Assembly (NCBI GenBank): GCA_038325875.1
Contig: JBBQJL010000003.1
Location: 26,361-90,360 of the forward strand
Direction: 5' to 3'
DNA: 64,000 nt
Source: Candidatus Limnocylindrales bacterium
GTDB taxonomy: Bacteria > Chloroflexota > Limnocylindria > Limnocylindrales > CSP1-4
Both the position numbers and the translations under genes were made by a program. This document shows positions 34,804 through 43,141 of the stretch, piece by piece. Each line of letters starts with the position of its first letter. The first letter of the stretch is position 1. The notes under the pieces were generated by a model, which did no database searches, was not told the origin of the DNA, and worked only from the letters and a program-made list of their open reading frames with translations.

Positions 34804-36260
34804 CAGGACCGACCATCGAGCTGGTCGACGGTCGCCCTCACCTCGCCTCGGGCGAGACGGATCGCCAGCCCCTCCCCCGCCCGAGCCTCGACCGGATCGC
34901 GCACGATCCGTCCGTCCCCCGTGCGCCGGACGATGGCATATCCCCGCTCGAGGGTGGCTGCCGGACCGAGCGCCCCGAGCGACGCCGCGGCTGCCTCCAC
35001 GGCTCCGTGGGCAGCCCCGAGATGGGCCGCGACCGCCGGACGGAGCCGGCTGGCGGAGCGTTCGGCATCGACGCCGCCGGCGTCCACGCGGATCCGGACC
35101 GCCCGGGTGGCTCGATCGAGCAGGAGGCCCGCCCGCTCCCGGGACGCGGCCAGCAGGGCGACCGGGCTCAGCGCCTCGAGGGCTCGCCGCTCTGCGGACG
35201 CCTCACGGGCGGCCGCGGCCACGGTCCGTGCCCCGGCCGCCCCGAGCCGTCGGGTCTCCGCGCGAAGCGTGCCGGCCAGCTCTGCTCGGTCGGGCACGAC
35301 GATCTCGGCTGCCGCGGACGGCGTCGGCGCGCGACGGTCGGCCGCGAAATCGGCGAGCGTCACGTCCGTCTCGTGGCCGACTCCGCAGACGACCGGCAGC
35401 GAGTGGCGGACGATCGCTCGGACGACGGTCTCGTCATTGAACGACCACAGGTCCTCGAGCGAGCCCCCGCCGCGGGCGAGGATGGTGACGGTGGGGGCGT
35501 CCTCACGGCGGCCCTCGCGCACGCAGCGTTCCGCGTAACGATCGACCCAGGCGAGCGCACGGACGATGCTCGGCGGTGCCCCGGCACCCTGGACCTGGCA
35601 CTGCGACAGGACCACCCGAGCCAGCGGCCAGCGCCGGGCCAGGACATTCCGGATGTCATGCCACACGGCGCCGGTCTCGCTGGTCACGACGGCGATCACG
35701 GCTGGTCGATCGGGCAGCGGTCGCTTGCGCCCCGCATCGAACAGGCCTTCCGCGCTGAGCTGCGCCTTGAGCGCCTCGAACTTGAGGGCAAGGTCCCCGA
35801 ACCCTGCGGGCTGGATCGCGCTGACGTAGAGCTGGTAGACGCCGTTCGCATCGAACACGTCGACCCGGCCGTTGGCCACGACCCGGAGCCCAGTCCGAGG
35901 CTCGTACGGCGAAGCCATCCGGTCGTCGCGGAACCAGACGCACTGGAGCTGGCTGCGCTCGTCCTTGAGGGTGAAGTAGGCATGACCGGCGCTCGACACG
36001 GTGACCCGGCCGACCTCGCCCTCGACCCATAGGTCGCGCAGTCGGTCGTCGCTGCGGACCGCCTCGCGGACCGCCCGGGTCACGTCGGACACCCCAAGGA
36101 TGGTCAGCCCGAACGTGCCCGGCGGCCCGACTCGCTCGACCGAGCCGGCAGCTGGCTCGAGGCGCGGCGCGGGACGGCCCTCACGCGGTTCGCGAGCCGG
36201 AGACGGGTCGGTCGAATCCCAGGCCGGCAGCGCCCAGTCCGGCGGCTCGCGGTCGGTCAC
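34803..36260 (-). CDS. xseA: exodeoxyribonuclease VII large subunit
   Basis: 485 aa. OB fold (LWVEGEVGRVTVSSAGHAYFTLKD), then IAVVTSETGAVWHDI, ARGGGSLEDLWSFNDE, and PVVCGVGHETD. Confidence 0.9.
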   Translation of the reverse strand: MTDREPPDWALPAWDSTDPSPAREPREGRPAPRLEPAAGSVERVGPPGTFGLTILGVSDVTRAVREAVRSDDRLRDLWVEGEVGRVTVSSAGHAYFTLKDERSQLQCVWFRDDRMASPYEPRTGLRVVANGRVDVFDANGVYQLYVSAIQPAGFGDLALKFEALKAQLSAEGLFDAGRKRPLPDRPAVIAVVTSETGAVWHDIRNVLARRWPLARVVLSQCQVQGAGAPPSIVRALAWVDRYAERCVREGRREDAPTVTILARGGGSLEDLWSFNDETVVRAIVRHSLPVVCGVGHETDVTLADFAADRRAPTPSAAAEIVVPDRAELAGTLRAETRRLGAAGARTVAAAAREASAERRALEALSPVALLAASRERAGLLLDRATRAVRIRVDAGGVDAERSASRLRPAVAAHLGAAHGAVEAAAASLGALGPAATLERGYAIVRRTGDGRIVRDPVEARAGEGLAIRLARGEVRATVDQLDGRS

Positions 36261-36269
36261 CGGAGGTTC

Positions 36270-36827
36270 TCAGACCCGGGTCTGGTACTCGCCCGTCCGG
36301 GTGTCGACCCGGATCGTGTCGCCCTCCTCGACGAAGATCGGGACGGTCACCACGAGACCGCTCTCGGTGGTCGCCGGCTTCCGTGCGCCGGTCTGGGTGT
36401 CGCCGGCGAAGCCCGGTTCCGTCTGGGTCACCACCAGGTCGACCGTGATCGGCAGCTCGACCCCGATGGTCTCGCCCTGGTAGCTCGTCCGGTCGAGGGT
36501 CATCCCGTCGGTCAGGTAGTGGATGGCGCCCTCGAGCTGGTCGGCGGTCAGCACGAACTGGTCGTACGTGTCCGTGTCCATGAAGTGGTAGTCGTTCTCG
36601 TCGCGGTACAGGAACTGGACAGGCCGACGCTCCATCGACGCGCGCGGCCACTTCGTTCCGGCCTGGAACGAGCGCTCGACCGTCTGGCCCTTCTTGACAT
36701 TCCGGAGGGTGATCCGGACCTGGGCCGAGCCACGGCCCATCTTGATGTGGTGATAGTCGAGGATCTGCCAGAGGTCGCCATCGAGCTCGATCGCGACGCC
36801 CTTCTTCAGCTCACCGGTCGAGATCAT
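36270..36827 (-). CDS. efp: elongation factor P
   Basis: MISTGELKKGVAIELDGDLWQILDYHHIKMGRGSAQVRITLRNVKKG is unmistakably EF-P. 185 aa. Confidence 0.95.
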   Translation of the reverse strand: MISTGELKKGVAIELDGDLWQILDYHHIKMGRGSAQVRITLRNVKKGQTVERSFQAGTKWPRASMERRPVQFLYRDENDYHFMDTDTYDQFVLTADQLEGAIHYLTDGMTLDRTSYQGETIGVELPITVDLVVTQTEPGFAGDTQTGARKPATTESGLVVTVPIFVEEGDTIRVDTRTGEYQTRV

Positions 36828-36929
36828 GCAGGGTGGGCTCCTGGGGGCCGGCTCGGGCAGCGCCGAGCGACGGACGGGTCCGGGTGTGTCGCCGGATTGT
36901 AGCCGCTATTCCCTACTCAGCTCGCGCCG

Positions 36930-38162
36930 TCAGACCTCGACGACGACGACCTCGCGCGGGAAGTTGGTCAGCCGGACGCATCGCCCGGCCGCCACGTCGA
37001 TCGCCAGCAGATCCTCGATCCTGACCCCCATCTCACCGTCGAGGTAGACCCCCGGCTCGACACTGAAGACGGTCGGGCTCGGCAGCGGGTCGTCGGTCGC
37101 CAGCCGGCCGAGGCTGGGCAGCTCGTGAGTGGCCAGGCCGATCCCGTGGCCCGTCCCGTGGCCGAAATGGCCGCCGTGACCGGCAGCCGTGATGACGTCG
37201 CGGGCCAGGGCGTCGGCAGCCCGACCGCTCGGCAGGGGCCCGCCCGTCCGGATCGCGCTGGCCAGCCCGTCGATCGTCGCCGCCTGGGCCTGGGCGACCA
37301 GCTCGTAGATCGCCAGGTCGCGCGGCGACGGCTCGCCAACGAACAGGGTCCTGGTCATGTCGCTCCGATAGCCGTCCACCTGCGCCCCGAAGTCGAACAG
37401 GAGGACATGGCCGGCGGCGACAGGCCGATCCCCCGGCGAGCCGTGGGGCAAGGCCGCCTCCGGCCCCGACAGGCAGGCCACGTCGAAGGCGAGTCCGTCG
37501 GCGCCACCGGTCCGCATCAGCCACTCGAGGCGGAGCGCGAGCTCGCGCTCGCTGACGCCGACCCGGATCTCCGGCAGCAGTGCGGCCAGGGCCAGGTCCG
37601 CGACAGCGCAGGCAGCCGCGATCCTGACCAGCTCGGCCGGCTCCTTGATGGCCCGCTGGGCCTCGAGCCAGCCCGATGCCGGAATCAGCTCGACATCCGG
37701 CGCGGCGGCGACCAGCTTCTGCCAGGTGGCGTGACTGACCCGGTCGGCTTCGACGGCGACCCGGTGCGCCCCGAGCGACGCCATCAGCTCGGGCCAGCGC
37801 TTGTCGATGTCCCCGTAGACCGGCTCGATCCGGGTCTCCGGCGCCCCGCGCGCGGCCTGGATCCGGTAGCGGCTATCGGCGAACAGGACGACCTCGTCCC
37901 GCCCGACGAGGAACCAGCCGGACGATCCGGCGACGCGGTCCTCGCCGTCGCCGAGGACGAACCCGGTCAGGTACCGGACGTGTTCGCTGCGGACACCGAA
38001 ATAGGCATCGACGCCGGCCTCGGCAAGACGCTCGCGCAGCCGCCCGAGGCGCACCGGCCGGGCAGCCCGGTCGGCCTTCGCCCAGACCGCCCGATCGGCG
38101 GCCGTCGGAGCCGGGGCGATGTCGTCCGGCCGAGGCGACCGATCGAGCCCCGGTCCGGTCAC
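36930..38162 (-). CDS. M24B-family Xaa-Pro aminopeptidase/dipeptidase
   Basis: Creatinase-like N-terminal domain plus the metal ligands of the pita-bread fold: LLFDFGAQVDGYRSDMTRT, HGTGHGIGLATHE, VFSVEPGVY, RIEDLL. The GTG start overlaps the mltG stop. Confidence 0.88.
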   Translation of the reverse strand: MTGPGLDRSPRPDDIAPAPTAADRAVWAKADRAARPVRLGRLRERLAEAGVDAYFGVRSEHVRYLTGFVLGDGEDRVAGSSGWFLVGRDEVVLFADSRYRIQAARGAPETRIEPVYGDIDKRWPELMASLGAHRVAVEADRVSHATWQKLVAAAPDVELIPASGWLEAQRAIKEPAELVRIAAACAVADLALAALLPEIRVGVSERELALRLEWLMRTGGADGLAFDVACLSGPEAALPHGSPGDRPVAAGHVLLFDFGAQVDGYRSDMTRTLFVGEPSPRDLAIYELVAQAQAATIDGLASAIRTGGPLPSGRAADALARDVITAAGHGGHFGHGTGHGIGLATHELPSLGRLATDDPLPSPTVFSVEPGVYLDGEMGVRIEDLLAIDVAAGRCVRLTNFPREVVVVEV

Positions 38163-39568
38163 TGCTTGCCGTACTTCTTCACGTTCGCCAGATGCTCCTT
38201 GTAGGTCTTGGCGAAGGCGGTCGTGTTCGAGCCATCGTTCCTGGCCACGAAGTACAGGTAGCCGGCCTTCGTGTCAGGGTCGAGCGCCGCGTCGATCGAA
38301 GCCACCGTCGGGGTGCAGATCGGGCCGGGCGGAAGACCCTTGCTGGTGTACGTGTTGTAGGCCTCGAGCTCGGCCGGGATGGTCAGCCCGGTCACTCCGT
38401 CTTTGGGCGGAGCCCAGAACGTGTAACCCGTCCACTTCTCGAGCGGCAGCTTCGCCAGCTGGATGGTGTCGTTGAGGTAGAAGATCGACGGATCGGAGCC
38501 AAGGAACCCGGCCGTCTCCGTCCCGGGCTGGAGCCGGTTCTGATAGACCCCCGCGATCTTCGCCCGCTCCTCATCGAGGAACGCCTCGCGCTCGACCAGC
38601 GAGGCCAGGGTCAGGACCTCCTGGAAGGTCATCCCGCGGGCCTTGGGCACCTTGAGCCGGTCCGGACCGACCGTCCCGTAGAAGCGGTCGAGCATCTGGC
38701 GGATGAGCGCATCGGGGGTGATGTCGGGCAGAACGCGATACGTCGCCGGCGCGAGGTAGCCCTCGAGTGAGGCACCCTTGGGCAGGTCCAGCCAGGGATA
38801 GTCGGCAAGGAGGCTCTTCGGCGGCTTCTTCGCCTCGGCATAGAACTCGTTGACGTCCATCTTGAGCGGCAAGGTCAGCAACTTCGCGGTCACCTGCTCG
38901 AGTCGGAGGCTCTCGCGCAGCGGCACGGTGATGGCCAGATCGTGGGAGACGAGGAGCGCGGTCACCAGCTGGTCCGGGGTCATGTTCTTGCGCAGGATGT
39001 ACGTCCCGGCCTGGAGCTTGTCGGCCAGGCTTCGCTCGGATGAGATGAACACGAATGATCTCGCGTCGGTGACGAAACCCTGCTCGGCGAGCCGGGCGGC
39101 GATCATCGCCGCCGTGTCGCCGTTAGCGACGGTGAACTCGACCTGGGCCGGGTCGGTCCCTGGCGCGTCGGTCAACGCCGGACCGAGGTCTTCGCGGACC
39201 AGCCCTTCAACGAACGGCAGCCGGAGCGCGCTCGGATTTTCGGCCGCCCAGTCGAGCACCGCACCGGCGACCACCGGGCGGAGCACCGTCAGCGACACGA
39301 TCAGGACGATCCCGGCCAACACGAACATGAAGGCCAGGAGTCGGAGCAGCCCGCCGAAACCGAACCCGCCGCCGGCACGAGGCGCCTGGGGCGTTCGTCC
39401 GCCGGCCCGTGACGACTCCGGGGCGCCTCGCCCGCGGCGTGACCGAGCGGCCGGCTCGGGCGCTCGGGCGTAATGCTCCTCGTCGATCTCGACGTCGGCG
39501 AGGTCATATGCCTGGCTGTCGCGCGGTCGGCCGCTGTCGCGCGGTCCGCCGCCGCCCCGGACACTCAT
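38159..39568 (-). CDS. mltG: endolytic peptidoglycan transglycosylase MltG (YceG-like), with an extended basic N-terminal cytoplasmic region
   Basis: A single TM (LLRLLAFMFVLAGIVLIVSL), then YceG motifs: LASLVEREA, IAGVYQNRL, LGSDPSIFY, YNTYTSKGLPPGPICTP. Confidence 0.88.
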   Translation of the reverse strand: MSVRGGGGPRDSGRPRDSQAYDLADVEIDEEHYARAPEPAARSRRGRGAPESSRAGGRTPQAPRAGGGFGFGGLLRLLAFMFVLAGIVLIVSLTVLRPVVAGAVLDWAAENPSALRLPFVEGLVREDLGPALTDAPGTDPAQVEFTVANGDTAAMIAARLAEQGFVTDARSFVFISSERSLADKLQAGTYILRKNMTPDQLVTALLVSHDLAITVPLRESLRLEQVTAKLLTLPLKMDVNEFYAEAKKPPKSLLADYPWLDLPKGASLEGYLAPATYRVLPDITPDALIRQMLDRFYGTVGPDRLKVPKARGMTFQEVLTLASLVEREAFLDEERAKIAGVYQNRLQPGTETAGFLGSDPSIFYLNDTIQLAKLPLEKWTGYTFWAPPKDGVTGLTIPAELEAYNTYTSKGLPPGPICTPTVASIDAALDPDTKAGYLYFVARNDGSNTTAFAKTYKEHLANVKKYGKQ

Positions 39569-40026
39569 CCGCCGGCAGCCTGGCGAGCTCGGGCGTCGAG
39601 CTCGTCCTGGAGGATGATCGCGGCCGCCTCGCGGTCGACCCGGGCTCGATATACCTCGCGCTGGGAAGCGGTCGGTGGACCGCCCGAGCGGCCGCGCTTC
39701 ATCGGGCCCAGGCGTTGTTCGGCGAGGTGACTGGAAAGACGCTCATCGCGGAGCGTGACGGGCAGGCGCACGAGTGGTGAGACGGACTCGACCCACGCCC
39801 GCGTGACGTCGGCCTGCGGTCCATTCCTGCCGGACGCCTCGAGCGGCAACCCGACCACCAACTCGGTCGCGTCCTGCTCGGCGACCAGGCGGAGGATCGC
39901 CTCGGCGTCGGCGGCCACGGTGCGGGCTCGCCGGAGGGTGGTCAGGGCGACGGCAGCGCCGTCCGCGTCGGCCACCGCCACGCCGATCCGCTTCTGGCCG
40001 AGGTCGATCCCCAGGATCCGGGTCAC
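39565..40026 (-). CDS. ruvX: Holliday-junction-resolvase-like nuclease RuvX (YqgF)
   Basis: Contains ILGIDLGQKRIGVAVAD, VVGLPLEASG, and DERLSS. 153 aa. 4-nt overlaps at both ends. Confidence 0.88.
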   Translation of the reverse strand: MTRILGIDLGQKRIGVAVADADGAAVALTTLRRARTVAADAEAILRLVAEQDATELVVGLPLEASGRNGPQADVTRAWVESVSPLVRLPVTLRDERLSSHLAEQRLGPMKRGRSGGPPTASQREVYRARVDREAAAIILQDELDARARQAAGG

Positions 40027-41876
40027 GGCGTACTGGCCGACGGCACCGGCGTAGGTGATGCCCCACCACCGGCCCCATCGAGTCCGGTCACGGTCAGGTC
40101 GAGGCGGGCGTCAAGCGTGGGGATCGACGATACGAACCCGGGCCAGGTGGTGATGCTGACCGTGCCGTAGCGCTGGAGGAGCCGCCTGGTCTCGGCGACC
40201 GACTTGCCCTTGATCTCCTCCCGGAGCGCGGCGGCGTCGAGGATCGGGATCGCCTCAGCCTTGGCCGTGACCCGGAAGTCGACCAGGTCCCCGTCGGCCT
40301 GGCCGCCGTCGTGCTTGGAGGTGACCGAACCCTGCTTGAGCTCGTGTTGGGCCGGGACGTTGGCAACGATCCGGCCCGCCGAGACCTGGTCGATGAGCGT
40401 CGTATCGACGGCCACTACCGTTCCGGCCGCGGTGGCGGCGAACTGGAAGGTCGCCTGCTCCTGCCCAAGCAGGCTGGCCGGATCGGGCGACGGAACAGCG
40501 GTGCCGAGCTGCCCGGTCGCCGGGAACGCGGTCGTCCCTTCGGGCAGAGCGTCCGGGGCGGCCGCCCAAAGGTCGAACTGGGTTGCGAGGTCCTTGTTCA
40601 GCAGGGCCAGGGCGGCATCGATGTCCTTCTGCGAGACCTGCGGGAACTCCTCGCGCTTCCCGCCGGTCGTGGCCGCGCGGTTCGTCACGGTCACCAGGAG
40701 ATCCTTGAGGTCGCTGGGCTCGACGATGATCGTGCCGGGGTCAACGTTCCCGGCCGGCCCAGCGCGAACGGCGCTGATCGGCACGTTCTTCAGGGATGGC
40801 CCGGTCGCGAACGACGCCCGCGGGATGGTGATCTGCTGGGTGGTCACGAAGGCGACGCCAGATCCAGTCCGGACGCTCGTGCCGGTCGGCACCGTGACCG
40901 GGAGGAAGGTGTTCTTGCTGGTGAACGTGACTTGGCCCTTGGCCTTCGCCTGGACCACCTTCTTGCCGGTCGTCTCGAACTCGCCCGACGCGGTGAAGTC
41001 TTGGCTGAGGCGGGTCGCCGGGATGACTCCTCCGAGGGCATCCACCGAGGTCGCATCGGGGTCGGCCCGGACCACGAACTCGACCGGCCCGATCGGCACG
41101 GCGACCGGAGTCACGACCACGGTCGCCGAAGGGAGTACGACGTAGCCGATGACGGCCAGGATGACCGCGATCACCAGCAGCGAGCCGACGACCGCGACGA
41201 CTCCGGTCGGGAGACCCCGACCGGACAGCGAGGCTGGTACTGGGGCGGCGGTCGCCGCGCTCGAGCGAGGCCGGGTCTCGGCCGGCGGCATCTCCGGTCT
41301 TGGCGGTGGGAGCGCCTGGGGCAGCGCCGCGGCGAGCGGGACGACCGGCGGCATGACGGACAGGACAGTCGGGGCGCCGGGCTGCGCCGGTGCCACGTCC
41401 AGACCGAGGGTCGGGGCCACATCGGCGACCGGTCCGCGCACGACCTCGGGTCCTGCCGCGGCCGCACCGCCCACAACGCCGCCGGCGGCCGCGACCCCGG
41501 CCGCGCCAGCCGTTCGCTTCCGCGAGCGCCTCGACGAGCTTGGCCCCCCAGCTGGAGGCGGTGTCGTCGCGGTGACGGGCGGTACAGCGGTCTGGGCCGG
41601 CGGTGCGTTCGCCGCCTCGAACTCGGCGACGGTGGTGTGGACCGGCAACCCGGCCGATGCCGCGATCGCCCGCGCGGCCGGATCCGCGGCGACGATCGAC
41701 AAGACCCGGTTGCGCTCGAGAGCCTCTCGCGACAGGAGCCGGAAGTTGATCCGCGACGTGGCCAGCCGCGAGCCCGGCGGCAGGACGAGGGCGATCTTGG
41801 TCTCGGTCGTCGTCCGGATCCGGGCCGCCGCGGTCGTGATCTCATCGTCGACGTCGAGGTAGATGATCGTGGCCAT
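40023..41876 (-). CDS. hypothetical bitopic membrane protein: ~95-aa cytoplasmic domain, Pro/Ala-rich linker, one TM, ~370-aa extracytoplasmic domain
   Basis: 617 aa. Starts MATIIYLDVDDEITTAAARIRTTTETKIALVLPPGSRLATSRINFRLL. TM is GLPTGVVAVVGSLLVIAVILAVIGYVVL. The ectodomain carries GQVTFTS...VPTGTSVRT...VRAGPAGNVDPGTII. High GC3 throughout. It sits 2 nt after the upstream stop, and its TGA overlaps the ruvX GTG. Confidence 0.75.
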   Translation of the reverse strand: MATIIYLDVDDEITTAAARIRTTTETKIALVLPPGSRLATSRINFRLLSREALERNRVLSIVAADPAARAIAASAGLPVHTTVAEFEAANAPPAQTAVPPVTATTPPPAGGPSSSRRSRKRTAGAAGVAAAGGVVGGAAAAGPEVVRGPVADVAPTLGLDVAPAQPGAPTVLSVMPPVVPLAAALPQALPPPRPEMPPAETRPRSSAATAAPVPASLSGRGLPTGVVAVVGSLLVIAVILAVIGYVVLPSATVVVTPVAVPIGPVEFVVRADPDATSVDALGGVIPATRLSQDFTASGEFETTGKKVVQAKAKGQVTFTSKNTFLPVTVPTGTSVRTGSGVAFVTTQQITIPRASFATGPSLKNVPISAVRAGPAGNVDPGTIIVEPSDLKDLLVTVTNRAATTGGKREEFPQVSQKDIDAALALLNKDLATQFDLWAAAPDALPEGTTAFPATGQLGTAVPSPDPASLLGQEQATFQFAATAAGTVVAVDTTLIDQVSAGRIVANVPAQHELKQGSVTSKHDGGQADGDLVDFRVTAKAEAIPILDAAALREEIKGKSVAETRRLLQRYGTVSITTWPGFVSSIPTLDARLDLTVTGLDGAGGGASPTPVPSASTP

Positions 41877-41878
41877 CG

Positions 41879-43141
41879 CTAGACCTTCATCGCGCGAAGG
41901 ACCCGCCGGAGGGCGGCGTCGAGCGGGTTCTCGGTCGATTGCAGCTCGATCGCCTGGTGGGCCAGCCCGAGCGGGGTGACGTCCTGCTGATCGACCAGGA
42001 GGTGCGTGGCGTCGACGATCGAGGCGACCTGGTCGGGCGACATGATCGAGACCTCGGGCCGGCGGGCGAACGGAAGGTGCTTCCAGAACCGTTCGCTCTC
42101 AAGCGCGGCCAGGATCTCCGGCAGCCGTGACCCACCACCGCACAGGTAGATCCGGCCGGGCAGCAGGTCGCCACCCGACAGCTCCTCGATGACCAGCTCG
42201 ACGCCGGCCGCCCAGACGGTCACGTCATCGGTGACGATCGCCTCGATCTCGTCGCGCCGATCGACCGGAAGCCCACGAGCGTAGTCGACCTTGATCGCCT
42301 CGGCCCGCGGGAACGGCAGATCGAGCCGATCGGCGATCGACTTGGTGAACGCGCGCCCACCCAAAGCGAACATCCGGGTGCCCTCGATCCCGCCCTGGCG
42401 GACGAGTGCGACGTCGGTCGTCCCGCCGCCGATGTCGATGAAGATCGCGCCCGCCTGCTGGACCTGCTCGGCCCCGAGGACCCGAGCGACGGCGTACGGC
42501 TCGGCCACGATCTCGAGCAGCTCCAGGTCGAGCTGGCTGGCCACGCTCTCGAGGGCGCCGAGGTGGACCAGCGGGGCGAACGCATCGAAGATCCCGATCT
42601 TCACGTAACGCCCGCGGAACCCGACCGGGTTGGTCACGGCGTAGCCATCGATGCTGGCCGAGGTGACTGCCGCATGGACCAGCCGGACGTCGACATGGGG
42701 CAGACCGGTCTCCCAGGTGATCGACCGCTCAGCCTCACGCAGGGCTTCCTGCTGGACGGCGTCGATCAGCTTCTGGAGCTCGGCCTCGCTGATCGGCTGA
42801 TCCGGTTTCTTGCGCTCCTGGCTGTTGGTCGTGGTGAAGCCCTTGACCAGCTCGCCGGCGATCCCGATGACCACCTGGGTCGGCCGGAAGCCGGCCATCT
42901 CCTCCGCTTCCTGGAGGGCGACCGCGCAGTTATCCACGACGGCGGCGATGTCGGCCACGGTGCCGGATTGCATGTGCGACAGGCCCTGACGCTTGCGCCC
43001 GACGCCGCGGACGGTCCCCTGCCCCTGGTCGTCGATCTCGAACACCAACGCCTTGGCGAACTCCGTGCCGATGTCGAGCGCCGTACACGCCGCGAGGGCG
43101 GGCATATCGTCGCGCTGCCAGAGGCGACGCCAGAAGGCCAT
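41879..43141 (-). CDS. FtsA/PilM-like actin-fold ATPase
   Basis: 420 aa. Phosphate-1 ALDIGTEFAKALVFE, phosphate-2 IFIDIGGGTTDVALV, adenosine motif IYLCGGGSRLPEI, and a C-terminal amphipathic-looking LDAALRRVLRAMKV. Its ATG directly abuts the alaS TAG. Confidence 0.8.
   Translation of the reverse strand: MAFWRRLWQRDDMPALAACTALDIGTEFAKALVFEIDDQGQGTVRGVGRKRQGLSHMQSGTVADIAAVVDNCAVALQEAEEMAGFRPTQVVIGIAGELVKGFTTTNSQERKKPDQPISEAELQKLIDAVQQEALREAERSITWETGLPHVDVRLVHAAVTSASIDGYAVTNPVGFRGRYVKIGIFDAFAPLVHLGALESVASQLDLELLEIVAEPYAVARVLGAEQVQQAGAIFIDIGGGTTDVALVRQGGIEGTRMFALGGRAFTKSIADRLDLPFPRAEAIKVDYARGLPVDRRDEIEAIVTDDVTVWAAGVELVIEELSGGDLLPGRIYLCGGGSRLPEILAALESERFWKHLPFARRPEVSIMSPDQVASIVDATHLLVDQQDVTPLGLAHQAIELQSTENPLDAALRRVLRAMKV

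Noticed and set aside
36896-36901. TACAAT hexamer (minus strand) about 70 nt upstream of efp as a promoter -10 box.
   Set aside because: There is no acceptable -35 at 16-19 nt spacing, and a single hexamer is not sufficient evidence to report as a feature.
40023-41876. Prophage remnant, because the ectodomain motifs recall baseplate-J/gp47.
   Set aside because: There are no other phage-like genes. The gene is translationally coupled to housekeeping neighbours and has host-like codon usage. The similarity itself is unverified.
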